Source: Octopus bimaculoides (taxonomy: Eukaryota). Taken from it: a DNA stretch of 64,000 nucleotides. Below, one piece after another: positions 1 to 12,119 of the stretch. The translations under genes were made by a program, and so were the position numbers. The stretch spans positions 94,888,586 through 94,952,585 of the forward strand of contig NC_068981.1 of assembly GCF_001194135.2 (NCBI RefSeq). Reading direction: 5' to 3'. Within the stretch, counting starts at the first letter, position 1. Each line of letters starts with the position of its first letter. Below the pieces are notes generated by a model. It was not told the DNA's origin, made no database searches, and was given only the letters and a program-made list of their open reading frames with translations.

Positions 1-47
<47 letters not shown>
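1..47. repeat. (AC)n microsatellite
   Basis: Near-pure AC dinucleotide run from base 1 (one T at 43). Confidence 0.98.
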
Positions 48-48
<1 letters not shown>

Positions 49-265
49 GTGTACCATTTAGACGATATTTTCAACAGAAACCTTGCAACCGTATCTGATT
101 CTTAAAGTGTATCTATTCTGTGTTTGTACATGTATTTACTAAATGGCTGACATTTATCAATGGTTTCTCCCATTGTGTTGATACACCATTTTGTATCATT
201 AATAAAATACTTGTAGGTTTATTTGACGACAGGAGTATGCTAGCAAATCTAATGATATACTAATG

Positions 266-470
266 CAGTGAGCTGGCTGAATCATTAGCACGCCGTGCAA
301 AATGCTTAGCAGCATTTCGTCCGTCTTTATGTTCTGAGTTCAAATTCTGTCGAGGTCAACTTTGCCTTTCATCCTTTCAGGGTCGAAAAAATAACTATCA
401 GTTGAACACTAGGGTTGATCTAATCGACTTAGCCCCTCTCTCGGAACTACTGACCTTGTATCAAAATTAG
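266..470 (+). mobile_element. tRNA-derived SINE (family B, GAGCTGGC..AGAATC.TTAGCAC head)
   Basis: Shares head, GAGTTCAAATTC B-box-like motif and CTTTCATCCTTTC body with copies at 62995-63170 and 63200-63410. Confidence 0.8.
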
Positions 471-726
471 TGAGAAAGAATATTTACGGATAACTGTTTG
501 AAACCTATGGTTTCTTTACCCAGATTATAAATTCACATTTGTACCTATAACTATTGGTGTACTTGGCTTAATGTCTAAATGTCTAATAATCTCGAAAAGC
601 TAAGGTTTTCAGACTAGTTCTTACTTCATTGGGAAATATAAACATAACATTACGCATGCATACAAAGAAACAGATACGAACAGACAAATCATAAGAAATT
701 AGACGAAGGAAATTTCGAAACCTTAC

Positions 727-778
727 TCCCAGTATCCAATTTAATGTAATTTACGAGGCAAAATCTAAACGCTGCCAT
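727..778 (-). CDS. Probable first coding exon of an unidentified minus-strand gene continuing left out of the window (MAAFRFCLVNYIKLDTG, phase-1 donor)
   Basis: AATATGG start context at 778, open frame to a strong donor (GGGA|GTAAGG, intron starts at 726), CpG-enriched upstream region. An in-frame upstream ATG lies at 823. No protein family recognised. Confidence 0.45.
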
Positions 779-846
779 ATTGATTTCATTTGGATCGTTA
801 CAACCGAGCAAAGTTAATATCATGTTTGAAGAGTTATCGACAGTAT

Positions 847-1095
847 TGTATCGTTTAGATTGCTGCAAATATTTCCATTGAAGTTGAACGTCTGCTTTCA
901 ACTGATCGTTGAGACTGTAGTAACAATAAGCCGATTCATTTGTCTACAGGAATGTTCTTAGTAATTAGAATGCATTGTTTAGACTACTGCGAAAATTTCA
1001 GTCGAAGTCGATCGTCTGCATCCAGCAGATCGTTATACTGTAGCAACAGAAATCCGACTTATTTTTTTCCACAGGAATGTTCCCACTAATTAGAA
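847..1095. repeat. Degenerate tandem duplication, two units of 124-125 bp
   Basis: 847-970 and 971-1095 align end to end (GTTTAGA..CTGC..TGAAGT.GA.CGTCTGC..GATCGTT..ACTGTAG.AACA..ACAGGAATGTTC..TAATTAGAA), roughly 70 percent identity by eye. Confidence 0.85.
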
Positions 1096-1179
1096 TTAAC
1101 GCCGAGCCTAGTATTGTTTGAAAGAAAATCTATTTGTGTTGGTAAATAATTAGTGCATATCAAATGATTGACTAACCAT

Positions 1180-1188
1180 TCTCGCGAG
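1180..1188. promoter_or_regulatory. TCTCGCGAG near-palindromic promoter motif (BANP/M4-like), upstream of the minus-strand exon
   Basis: 9 of 10 match to TCTCGCGAGA in a CpG-enriched patch. Function in molluscs is not established. Confidence 0.3.
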
Positions 1189-1565
1189 CGTCAATTGAAT
1201 TTTTTTCTCTATTTTTTTCTCTCTCTTTCGGCCTTTATCTCTTATTGACATAGTTTATTGAATCTATCATCTTGCAATTGCTTTTTTCTCTAGTCAAGGT
1301 TACTCCATGCGTAGAGCGAACAGAACAAGCTGAAATCTTCCAGACATGATTTTTTTTTCCTTCCTGTTCTTGCGTATTGATTTTATTTCTTATAATAGAC
1401 ATAATACTGCCCGTTTGAAGGAAATAGGGAAATGAAAGTGAAGGATGCTTATACTTTTCTCATCAACATTAACCGATATATTGTAATTGAAATGACTTTG
1501 AAATCAAGACTTGCCTACACTAGCATGTATTACTTTTTTTGATTAGGCACTTAGTAATTATTATG

Positions 1566-1567
<2 letters not shown>

Positions 1568-1634
<67 letters not shown>
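1568..1634. repeat. (AT)n(AG)n compound microsatellite
   Basis: Direct reading. Confidence 0.95.
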
Positions 1635-1638
<4 letters not shown>

Positions 1639-2748
1639 GAAGAGACAACAGATGAGGTCCAGCGATGCTGAATATAGAAAACACTTAGTAGCGTTCAAAT
1701 GATTTGAACTTACACTTCGAAACCTTTTCCGAGGACCAAGTCCATGGAGTAAAGAATGGCAATAAGACGAATCCAGGTAAGCGGATTTAGAGACAATGAT
1801 GCAAATAAACAAATAAAACTTAGGCAAGATATACAAAATATACATACATAGGCGCAGGCGTGGCTGTGTGGTAAGAAGCTTGCTTCCCAACCACATAGTT
1901 CCGGAATTACTTCGTAATTCATAGTTCACGGAATTACTTCATAATGTAGTTCGCAAAAACGTCAAGGATATGCAACTTGCAGTGGAAGCATATAAACATT
2001 AAGTAGATCCGGCCTTCGTCTTCAGGGTAGAGAGATATTTATTACATTTAAGCATTTTAGTGAATCCAATTCGTTTCCTGTCATTACTATTGTGTAATGT
2101 AGAGGACACAACAGTAAACGTTTTGGTCCACATAACCGGTAATAGATCTGGTAAGAGCACATAAATTATACACGCACACGCACCACACATGGTAGTATCA
2201 CACTCGTGTGAAATGCAATTAAGCGAAAGAAAGTATTCAATACTGTTAAGCAGAGTGGCGTGATACAGTATTCAAAGCTAAATTTGTTAGTCACTACTTG
2301 AATTTTCTCAATCCCGATCCTCAGAAGAGTAGAGAAAAAGGAAAAGGAAAATTTCGAGTAGCGACTCATTGACTCAGATTTCAATGTACAAATGCACATG
2401 CACACACAATTCACATAGACAAGGCGATGAAAGCGAATTGACTCTATATTCTCGTCAAAGATCGCAGAGAAAAGTATTGCTTTGCCTGGGCAGGTGATAT
2501 TGTATCTCTGATAATGTAAGGTATAGAGAAAATATCCAAATATAAAAATCTGGAAAGAGAGATAACCCTATTGTAGGGACTGGGACTAAGAAACCCAACA
2601 ATAGGTACCTTGGGAATATTAAAAGGAAAGAAGGAAAAAAACATGCAAGCAAATACATGTACAAAACTCCAGAACTTACAAGCAGTACAACATACAGAAC
2701 ATAACACTTCTAGGCACTGCTCACGTATATCGTAGAGTACTCTCAATA

Positions 2749-3598
2749 CAGGGTTATTCAAAATGAATGAACCGATTTCATTACGCAATATTTTAATAAG
2801 GAAAAGCGATAGAAAACTCCAGCTAAGTCACAAGTATTTACTCACAATCAACTTTTATTTCCTGTCTTACAAGTGTTCAATGTGGCCACCACCTGCAGCA
2901 CGGGCAACATCAATGCGATAAGAGAATTCCTCCCAGACGCGTATCAGCATATCACAATCCATTGAGTTGATCGCTGTTGTTATTTGATGTTTAAGGCCAA
3001 CGAGGTTAGTGGGTAGCGATGGAACATAAACGCGATTCTTTACATATCCCCACAAGAAAAAAAATCACATTCAGTTAGGCTGGGGATCTCGCAGGCCAAG
3101 CACAAAGAGGAAGGTCTTGGGCCCCTTTCCGACCAATCCATCGCTGGGGCACATTTTCATTTAAAAAAGCTCGAACCATCAGGTGCCAATGGAGAGGTGC
3201 TCCATCTTATTGAAAAATGAAGTCATGCGACTTTGCTTGCAGTGAAGCGAAGAGCCAGTTTTGGAGCATATTGAGATAGGTTTGTAAAGAAAAAGGGACC
3301 ACAAACCTTGTCCTGAGACACAGCACAGAAGACGTTCACCTTAGGGGAATCTCTTTCATGCTCAACTGTTTCAACAGCGATCAACTCAGTGGATCGTGAT
3401 AGACTGATACGCGTCTGAGAGGAACACTCTTATCGCATTGTTGTTGCCCGTGCTGCAGGTGACGGCCACATTGAACACTTGTAAGACAGGAAATAAAAAT
3501 TGATTGTAAATGCATATGTCTTAGCTAGGGTTTTCTAGTGATTTTCCTTATTAAAATATTGCGTAATGAAATCGGTTCATTCTTTTTGAATAACCCTG
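2749..3598 (-). mobile_element. Internally deleted Tc1/mariner-superfamily DNA transposon, 850 bp
   Basis: About 57-bp TIRs (CAGGGTTATTCAAAA..GAACCGATTTCATTACGCAATATTTTAATAAGGAAAA) flanked by TA at 2747-2748 and 3599-3600. Minus ORF 2867-3055 WGYVKNRVY..L..LK..I..A..WEEFSYRID..GGHIEHL is a typical transposase C-terminus. Confidence 0.92.
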
Positions 3599-4095
3599 TA
3601 CAATACCACCAACAAAGTCTTAACAAAATATTGTGCCTGTCCAAGAGAAAGAACCCTTCTTTGTTACAAACTGAAAACCTGACCCGAATTCTTACAAGAG
3701 ATTGGATTTTGGTAAGGCACACGTGCACGACTGTGCCTCCACCCTGTCCTCGACATGTTTCCTAATAACTTTCAGAAAAATGGATACTTTTTAATGAAAT
3801 TTTCAACAAATAATTTTCGAGTAGTGCAGATTACGGTTATATCGAAAGTTACGAAAAATCTTTCCTAGGGTTGGGAAGAGGAGCTTCGGAAAATTCACGA
3901 GTTGGCTTTGTTTCCTCATACGTTGCAGAAAAATTGGGTATTTTTAATGATATTTTCTACAAATATCTTTCACATAGAGTAGCTTATGATTATATTGGAA
4001 TTTAGTGTGAAAAAAAAAATGGTGGGCGTGCGCACATACATACTGACATACATCACAACTTTTTCAAAATTTCAAGTTTCATCTTGTAGATATAT

Positions 4096-4485
4096 AGGCA
4101 CAGGCGTGGCTGTGTGGTAAGTTTGCTTCCCAAACACATGGTTCTGGGCTCATTCCCACAGCGTGGTACCTTGAGCAAATGTCTTCTACTATAGCCCCAG
4201 GTCGACCAAAACCCTGAGTGGATTTCGTAGACGGAAAATGAAAGAGGATATAGATCTATGTGAATGCCTTCGTATTTGTGTTTGTCCTCCTCCCCATCAC
4301 TGATAACCTGGTCTATTTATGTCCCCGTAAATTAGCGGTTCGGTTGGTATGAGAAATTGGTAGAATAAGTATCAGACTTTAAAAAAAAAAATGTAGTGTG
4401 GTCGATTTGTTTGACTAAACCCTTCAAGGCGATACCCCAACATGACCGCAGTCTAATGACTGAAACAAGTAAAAGATAAAAGATA
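4096..4485 (+). mobile_element. tRNA-derived SINE (family A head GGCGTGGCTGTGTGGTAAG plus 3' domain ending TGAAACAAGTAAAAGATAAAAGA)
   Basis: Matches many other copies in the window (26720-27090, 44165-44585, 53170-53450). Confidence 0.85.
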
Positions 4486-4589
4486 TATGCGATGTGTGTC
4501 AGTATGTATGTGTGCGCCATTTATTTTTTCCACGTTAAATTCCGATATAATCGTAATCTACACCACCTGAAGGGTATTTTCTTTTATTC

Positions 4590-4765
4590 TTTTACTTGTT
4601 TCAGTCATTCGACTGGAGCGTCGCTTTAAATGTTTTAGTTGAAGAAATCGACCCCAGGACTTTGATCGGCCCGAGGCCTAAGGTGCCATATTGTAGATGA
4701 AACTTGCCCAAAGTGCCATGTAGTTGTGAAGCAAGCTTCTTCCCATACAGCCACGCCCGCGCCTA
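4590..4765 (-). mobile_element. SINE fragment (family A, reverse orientation)
   Basis: Reverse complement of head and tail motifs (CCATACAGCCACGCC; TTTTACTTGTTTCAGTCATT). Confidence 0.75.
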
Positions 4766-5578
4766 TTTGTAAAAAAATTCATTAGAAAATAACCATTTTT
4801 TTCTTTCTGCAAATTATAAGGAAACAGCCGATTCCTGTGAATTTTCCCAAACTCCTTATCCCGCTCGGAAATTTTTTTACGCTACAAATCCCGATATACT
4901 CGGAATCTACGTCATCTGTAACGCATATGTGGAATATCTCATTAAAATATATCCATTTTTCTGAAAATTATGAGGAAATAAAATCGGTGCGGTATACTTG
5001 TGTAGGTATGCCTTCGCTAAAAGCACCTTATATGTGACGCGGTCGTGTTAAGGCGGGCAGCAGATTGAGTCTATTGCCCAGGTAAACAATGGAGAAATTG
5101 GAACTCAGAACACCAAGAGCCAGAGCAAACAATGCAAGGTATTTGGTTAGGTTTTCTACTAGCCCCACCCATCTACCCACCCACACCATGAATTGGTACT
5201 TTTCTATCGATCCCGCGTGGATGAAAGGTAAAACTGGTGACACTTGAATACAATTAAATTAATGATCAGTGAATCCAGAATTATTGAATTTGCCTGCACC
5301 AGTATCCCATTGGATTTGAACTCGATGTCAATAAACTCGATGTAAATTACCATTTATTGTCATTTCTTCAACGTCAGACTGTTCAGGGATCATGCCATTA
5401 ACAGTGATATTATGGAGAGACATATAGAATGCAGTGCTTTTTACCTGGAGGTTTAGTTGAAGTTGCTTAATACTTTTAACAGGTTACTTTAAAACGTTTT
5501 CAAAGCAATATTTCGATTATAATGCATATGTGCATCCATACTTATATCTAACCGGAATCTTGGAGGGAAGCAATTTCT

Positions 5579-5589
5579 TGCGCATGCGC
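5579..5589. promoter_or_regulatory. NRF1-type palindromic motif TGCGCATGCGC, putative promoter of the NHE-like gene
   Basis: Exact match to the YGCGCAYGCGC consensus at the start of a GC/CpG-rich patch (5575-5650), about 1.4 kb upstream of the first coding exon. Confidence 0.55.
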
Positions 5590-5599
5590 TCTCTCCACT

Positions 5600-5948
5600 G
5601 AGTGTCCGCGGAGGCGAGAGGAGCTCCTACTGTGCAGTGTTGTACAGCTGGTGTAATTAAGGTTCTATACTTCATGTTTAGACATTAACAACTAGCTGCA
5701 TAATACTGTCCAGTAGTCGGAAGCCTCCTTGTCATATCGTATACTTTGTACCACACCATATTTGTTGGTTGTTTTTTATTTTCAAGTTTTGCCGTTAATC
5801 GTCAACAGTATGTCACCCCCTCTTAAGGGAGATCCACACGTGTACTTTCAAGTTTCCAACAGACAGTACTATCACCAACCATCCAGTGAATTCTCTACTA
5901 TGATCACCGACGATAGCTGTATATGTTACTGTAGGAGCAGTCTGACCA
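5600..5948 (+). other. Putative upstream 5' exon of the NHE-like gene (contains an ATG-initiated frame 5810-5948 open to the donor)
   Basis: Follows the NRF1-like motif and ends at donor CCA|GTAAGG (5949). The start coordinate is a guess. Confidence 0.4.
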
Positions 5949-7044
5949 GTAAGGTTATGGTGATGTTTCCAGAAAGTGTCTGTGTGATACGTGTGTGTAT
6001 CTAGGGATATATATATATATATATTGGATACACACACATCACATAGTCCCTGATATAACTTGCCCTCTTTTATAGATATTTCTTTTTACCCTGTCTCTTT
6101 TTTATTCTTCTTTATAATATAGCACATCGGTACCTTCCTTTGCCGTCTTTTTTTTTTGTAGCAGTTTCTTCTTCCCCCGTCCCTCCCCTCCTTTTTTTTC
6201 TCCTTTCCAAACTTTCAAAATCAGTTTGCAATCTTAATATTTAACTATACACTACTATATTTATTTATATATCTCATGCGTATAAGGTTTCATGTTTTTT
6301 TTTTAAATTTTATACTGCATATTTTCCTGTTCTTGATAAACGCAGTGTTTTGCTAAATCGAAATAAATCAATACCAACTACTGTTTATATGTATTGGAGA
6401 CTAGATTTTTTTTTTCTAGCTCCGTATTGTATATTTATTTGTGTTGAAGATTCATTCAACCTTTCTGTAAAACCAAACAAAGCATTTATTAACAACATTT
6501 CATTTATATTTATAAATCGATTTAGTAAACTAATTACATATGTGTTTTTGCTTAATTGTTCACTATATTATATATACATAGAGACCGATGTGATTTGATT
6601 TCATTTGTTTTAAGTCTAATAAACCTATTTCTATTTAGTAATTTTGTGATGTTTAAACAGTTGCGTACAATTGTTAGCCACATGGTCTACAAAGGTTGTA
6701 AATAAAAGTATTGTGGTTATTAGTGAATGGGTAAAGTACATTGATTGTTCCCAAGGGATCCACGTGTTGTCGGAATCGTGTTTTATGGCTTTTGTGTCTT
6801 GATACACGTGATTAGTTTATTTGGATATCTCGTTAGATTGTAAAATATCTTAGCTTTCCTTACACATACTCTAGTTTAACTTTCTTCCTCACACATATTT
6901 TTACTTAGTTATATGTAGGGCGAGTTGATTTTATATTTACATACACCAAGTACAAAGACACTTTAGGTGTCAAAACTTGTTTTTCTTACAATGACTACGT
7001 TAGTGTCATTTTTACCCTTTCTTAGACGATCTTATCTTATCACC

Positions 7045-7348
7045 ATGTCTATGCTTTTAATATTATTGATTGGTGTAATAGCTGGAATCTCCCAGTCCAC
7101 CGCTGGTCAGACTGCTCCTCAAATGCCATTCATTGCTGTCTCCAATGGATTATATCTCGATCCGGAGTTGTCATCTTCCAATGACCTTCATTTAAAGCAT
7201 AACGTTCAACACAAGTCCAACAAAGTACCGGATCTTTCTCATCCAACAGAGAAACACCAACAAAATTTCGATGACTACAAGTTACCTTCACTTGTGTTCC
7301 AGCACATCGTATCACTGTTCATCGTTTTGGCTGTTATTTACCAAATCA
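7045..7348 (+). CDS. Divergent SLC9A-type Na+/H+ exchanger, coding exon 1 (signal-peptide-like N-terminus, extracellular segment, first TM)
   Basis: CACCATG Kozak start at 7045 (alternative in-frame ATG at 6991). Hydrophobic MSMLLILLIGVIAGISQS, then DDYKLPSLVFQHIVSLFIVLAVIYQI resembling NHE1 [23 protein letters not shown]. Donor ATCA|GTAAGT, phase 1, fits exon 2. Confidence 0.72.
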
Positions 7349-9509
7349 GTAAGTGTTGACTTTTTTGTTACATTTTGATATCATTTGTTTGAAAGAAGAA
7401 AGTTACGTTGCGTTTGGGAAGCCAGAAGTTTTAAAATGTATGTATTGTCATAATCTAATGTCCAATATTAAGAGGCAGACTTGAGCCTAGTTTCAATGTC
7501 TAAAACTGATTTTTAAAATATATGGACTCTTTATGTGCATAGTACTACTAACACTTTAACAATTTGTTTTTAATTGAAACTAAAACGAAGGCTTTGAAAT
7601 TTTTTGTTAATTACAAACAAATAAAAAAAAACTCCCTTTGTAATGCTTTTACAAATCATTCATCTTGCCCATACGTCATTGAATATTTGTTTTTGCTTCC
7701 ACTTGTTGAAGAAATACGAATCAATTGAGTGGTTGGTACTTGACCGCCAAACTTGCTGTAATAAATATTTCAAGAACTTGAGCAAATAATAATAATAATG
7801 TATACATTAAAAGTAAAAACATGCAGTATCATTAGTTTGGCATTTTGCTGATTAATTAATTGTGAAATCACTATACGTGTTTTAGCTGAAGAGAAAACCT
7901 TCTGCCCCAATGACTTGCTATCAAGAACTGTTATTAGACTGTTAAATACACTTGAAAGTTGATTCCCCATATCACCACCAATAACAGCAACCTCGAAAAT
8001 GAATTTTTGTTAATTTACTGTTAAAGTCATGTCTAAGTCATCTTGATCAAATACGAATATCAAGTCGATTTCAAGTACTATTCTTTTACTCCTAATTATA
8101 ACAGTAATAGGAATTGTGATCTCTGAATGCATTTTATCTGTTACTCTAAAATAGAATTGTTGATAAACTCAATCTCAACAGAGGCACAACTCTAATTATT
8201 GAAACTAAAATTGTAATCATAAACCCTGCCTTATAAAAGTCGGTAATATAAGCTGCTAAGCAAAATATATACCTTATATACTGACTATTGATTTTGCTGA
8301 CTCAAAGGGTCATTTTCTTGCACTTTTGAAGACAAAAGAAATTAATGAAGTTTATCGTCACCCTATTACTGTATTATCATCATCCCTGATGTTGTACTAT
8401 GTCAATGTACTTTTTTTTATAAAATGGTTTGGTTACTAAAGCATAAGTCCTGTATTTCCATGTAGCGGCCATTTTAAGTGGTAGAAAGTGTCATTGATTT
8501 TTGAAATGTTTTTTAATACATGGTTATATTTTGAGTTTCTTTGACATAATGTATCCAGGATTGCAGTATTTCAATATATGCTTTTTCTTGTAGGCAGTGC
8601 ATCTGTTCTCAAAATATAGTTCTTATTAGATGTTCTTCAGCCTTTCTGTTTTTGCTCACTAGTTATCATATGATATTCATCAAATTAAACATCTGTACTA
8701 TAATAATTATGATGAAAAAGAAATGTGTAAATTTTGGGGAATTTTGGTTCCAGATTTTGGTGTGTGTGTGAAGCTCTTGTAGTTTTTATTTAGTTAAAGC
8801 ATTCTTTCTAGGTTGACTTGACTCAACTATGTGACATTTTTCATGCACTTGATCTGATTATATATAACCACTTAACAGAGTGTGCTGAGTGCTTCTTATA
8901 TGCCACTAGCATGGGTTCATGTATGCAGCACTAACACAGATGCATAAATGCAGCACCAGTGTGGGTGTCTTTTAAGTGCCTGAAAGGACAAGCCTGTTCG
9001 TGTGGAAGACAGCGATTTTCGCAAGAGCAAAGTTTGAAGGGAATAGTAGTCATTTCCTTTGATCTCTAGATAGAAGAAAATAACACTTACTGACCAAAGA
9101 CAAACAAAAAGAAAGTTGTTATACAGTGTTATTAATGTGTTTAGATTATGCATGATTTGAAAGTTGACTTCTGTAAGTACATCTCTATTAAATATTCAAC
9201 ATTATTATTTTTGTTATCATATATCCACTTTCCATGCAAAGGTTTCATTTCTGCTTCCTAACCGGGTCAGGGTGGAGTGTGCATTTTTGCTTAGGTTTCT
9301 TTGGCTTGGTACCTTTTCTAATGTCATTCACTTTACAGAGTGCACTGGTGCCAGAGAGATTGTTACATCTTTAACAAGACTAAAGGGTCCTCACAACCCT
9401 ACACTTAACTAAGTGAACTAAGTATATTTTATGTAGCACCAACACTTGTAACAATAGAGGTGAGAGAGTGAGTGATAAATATCAATACCAAATAGCCAGT
9501 GAAGATTAT

Positions 9510-9860
9510 AGGTAGAGTATGAGTTACATACAGGTCTGATGAGCTCTTTTAAGTATATATCTCAAGATAGAGAGGTTGGGTGATAAGGATGAGAGATCGA
9601 GAGAAAGAGAGATGTGGAATGTTGAAGAGAGGGTCAGAAAGTTCTTATAGCATCCCTAGGTACACTGGAAACTATGGTGAATTGAAGAGATCCACAACTA
9701 TCCTTAGTTACATTGGCTGCATAGTGCAGTGAGGTGAGGAGATAGTGATCAAGAGTTGAGCAATAAGAGTACAAATTATAGAGACAGAGGCAAAAGTGAC
9801 ATAGGTAACAGACTTGTGAATGATTGGAGAGATTTGTGATAGGCATATTAAAGGGATGAG
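9510..9860 (-). mobile_element. Decayed CR1/L2-group LINE 3' region
   Basis: Minus translation ITNLSNHSQVCYLCH..LCLYNLYSY resembles the CR1-type L.NHLQSL..RR..SLCLFYRY C-terminal region. Confidence 0.4.
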
Positions 9861-11254
9861 AGGCTATATACTTGCATGTTCATGCATATAAACAAAAGTA
9901 TAAATTAGTCATGGGCAAATTGCAGTTTTGGGACTTTCTGAATTGTATGCCTAAGGAAATAATTACATTGAATTGTTTTAGTAGTGCAGCCCACCTGCTG
10001 ATGAGTTACCTCACCCCCATTAAAAAATTGCCACTAAAAAACTAGGTTATCTCCCCACTAAAAATTGGGTTTATGTGACAAGAGATTGGATTGAAAGAGT
10101 TAAATTCTTTTGATTCAGTACTTCAGCACATTGCCTCCTCAATAGGCATGGTATCATTTGTTATGAAAATGCTATCAGATTCAGTAAGATGTTTAATTTT
10201 TTCAGTTTTCATGTTTATTAATCTTTTCAGTTTTGTATGATTTGTTATAAAAATATATTATCAGATTCAATAAGATGTTTCATCTTTCACTTTTGTTTTT
10301 TTTTGTTTTGAGGGTTAAGCAATTTTTTTTAGCTGAGAGAAATAACCAAAAGTACCAATATTTTTCATAAAGCATGTGGAGATAACACAATTTTTTTAAT
10401 GGGTGTGAGATAACCCAAAAGTACCATTTGGTCATTGCATCATAGTATTCCCGGAGCCATGTTTCCTCCTTATTTTTTGGCACCATAGCTATATAACCCA
10501 TGTATACCATAGAATATAACTCATGTATACCACAAAATATTGCCTAACATTCATTAAAGTCACCAGCCATGGTGGTGAGGTCACTACCATTCATATTAGA
10601 GGTAGGCTGTTGAAAGATCTCATAATCGTAATCCTGAGTATCAGCTAGGCTTGACTTTTGTGCATAAGCAGATGAATGTCACTGTCGTGTCTAAAACTAG
10701 CCTAAGCTTAATTTTCTCATTGCGCAAATCAATCTGCTTCAATTACCTTGTTTATCCATATATCTGCTAGCAGTATGCCTACTCCACCTATCCTGTCTCT
10801 GTTATCCATTAAAAGAAATTATATCTTTATTCCTTGCCCATGAGTAGTCTGGCTGAGGCTCCTTTCCATCTTCCTGTATACAACATTACTTGAGTTTGTC
10901 CCAGCATCTCTACTACAATTTCACCCAACCTACCATTGAAGCAAAATGCAGCTTATAGCAGTATGTAGCCCACAAAACTTTCTGAAACTTATATTTCTTT
11001 ATCACCTTTATCTAACCAAACAAAAGTAAAATATGTATAATGATACTGCAAAATAACACTGTTTGTATTTTAAGTGTTAACTATTAAACCCTTTTGGTAC
11101 CAACTCCCCTGATTCTACCCTTAGTTCTATAATGCAAACATATTTTAAAGTGGTTTCTAACCCACTCACCTCCAAAACAAAAGAAAATTTCAGTTTATGT
11201 CCCAAACATCAACTTAATAATTATTAAATTATTTTACTAAATTCTTCATTATTT

Positions 11255-11433
11255 TAACCCTTTAGTGTTTAAATTACTCTGCCGAGTGTAAAGTTTATTT
11301 ATTCATATTTTGATTTAGTTATTGTCTATTTTTAGGATGATATTGTAGGGTAGGTGTGAGAGGCTAAGGCCTGACCAGTGTGAACTTAAAAACAAGAGGC
11401 ATATTTGGTCCAGTTTAAATGCTAAAAGGTTAA
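11255..11433. mobile_element. TTAA-flanked MITE (piggyBac-like ends)
   Basis: TTAACCCTTTAG.. and ..GCTAAAAGGTTAA ends. A related copy lies at 13291-13502. Confidence 0.6.
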
Positions 11434-11497
11434 ACATTAATTGAAACAAAAGTAGTGTATTTCAACAGAAATCTGGTAACAAAAGGGTTAATGGTTA

Positions 11498-11544
11498 GTA
11501 AAGAATGTCAACATTTTCAAGGAGATTCCTTCTTCAGATGTACC
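11498..11544 (-). ncRNA. Hammerhead-ribozyme-like motif A (type I), intact core, degraded stem I
   Basis: Minus strand GGUACAU CUGAAGA AGGA-AUC-UCCU U GAAA AUGU-UG-ACAU UC/ UUUAC, directly 3' of a Penelope endonuclease remnant. Confidence 0.6.
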
Positions 11545-11594
11545 ATAAATGCTCTTGACTTTGATGAACATAGAAATATAGAGCACATAGTTTA

Positions 11595-12100
11595 CTTTTG
11601 GCTACCTGTTGAGATGAAAAAGATGCCTTGAAGAATCTACTTCTGCTTTTGTTCAGATTTTATTTAATCTTTCTAATTGAGTTTGTTTCTGCAATTCTGG
11701 TAGCTGTGTAATGATGCTTTCTTAAGATCTGAAGATTTTGCTTTTGTCATAGCTTCTAGGCTAATGAATCTCCATTTAACATCGCATTTGGTATTGAAGA
11801 AGCAAACATTAAGATTATTCAAAACTCAGCTGGGTGTATATAGATCTGATGAGAATATTAAACAGTGAATCTATTAATACTTTTGTAGTCGAATATCCTT
11901 TGTATTGATTAGAGTTTTCTCTTCAAATCAATTAACTGAATTTTGACATTTTTATGGCTCAGGAAAAAAATACAGTTTTGTTTCCATATTCTTTCAAGCA
12001 CTCTTTTATGATATACAAGTTTAGTTTCACTAGTGAGGTTAAACTCCTCTAGATATCCGGTAAATAAAAATTGCCATCAGCTTATAAGGCTTCCTTTCCT
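11595..12100 (-). mobile_element. Penelope-like element remnant (GIY-YIG endonuclease C-terminal region)
   Basis: Fragmented minus translation SLFNIL..YTQLS..KWRFIS..NLNKSR recalls the PLE S F..TELS..KW.I..LNKRSE..CRH motifs, and a hammerhead follows downstream. Confidence 0.55.
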
Positions 12101-12119
12101 AGGATAGGTAATATTCTTT

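Noticed and set aside
7770-7970. Minus ORF starting MGNQLSSVF (myristoylation-like start)
   Set aside because: Only 66 codons, no splice or promoter support, and no recognisable domain.
10010-10540. Short dispersed direct repeats (CCACTAAAAA; GAGATAAC..AAAAGTACCA)
   Set aside because: Irregular spacing and degenerate units, typical of transposon subterminal repeats. Not CRISPR-like.
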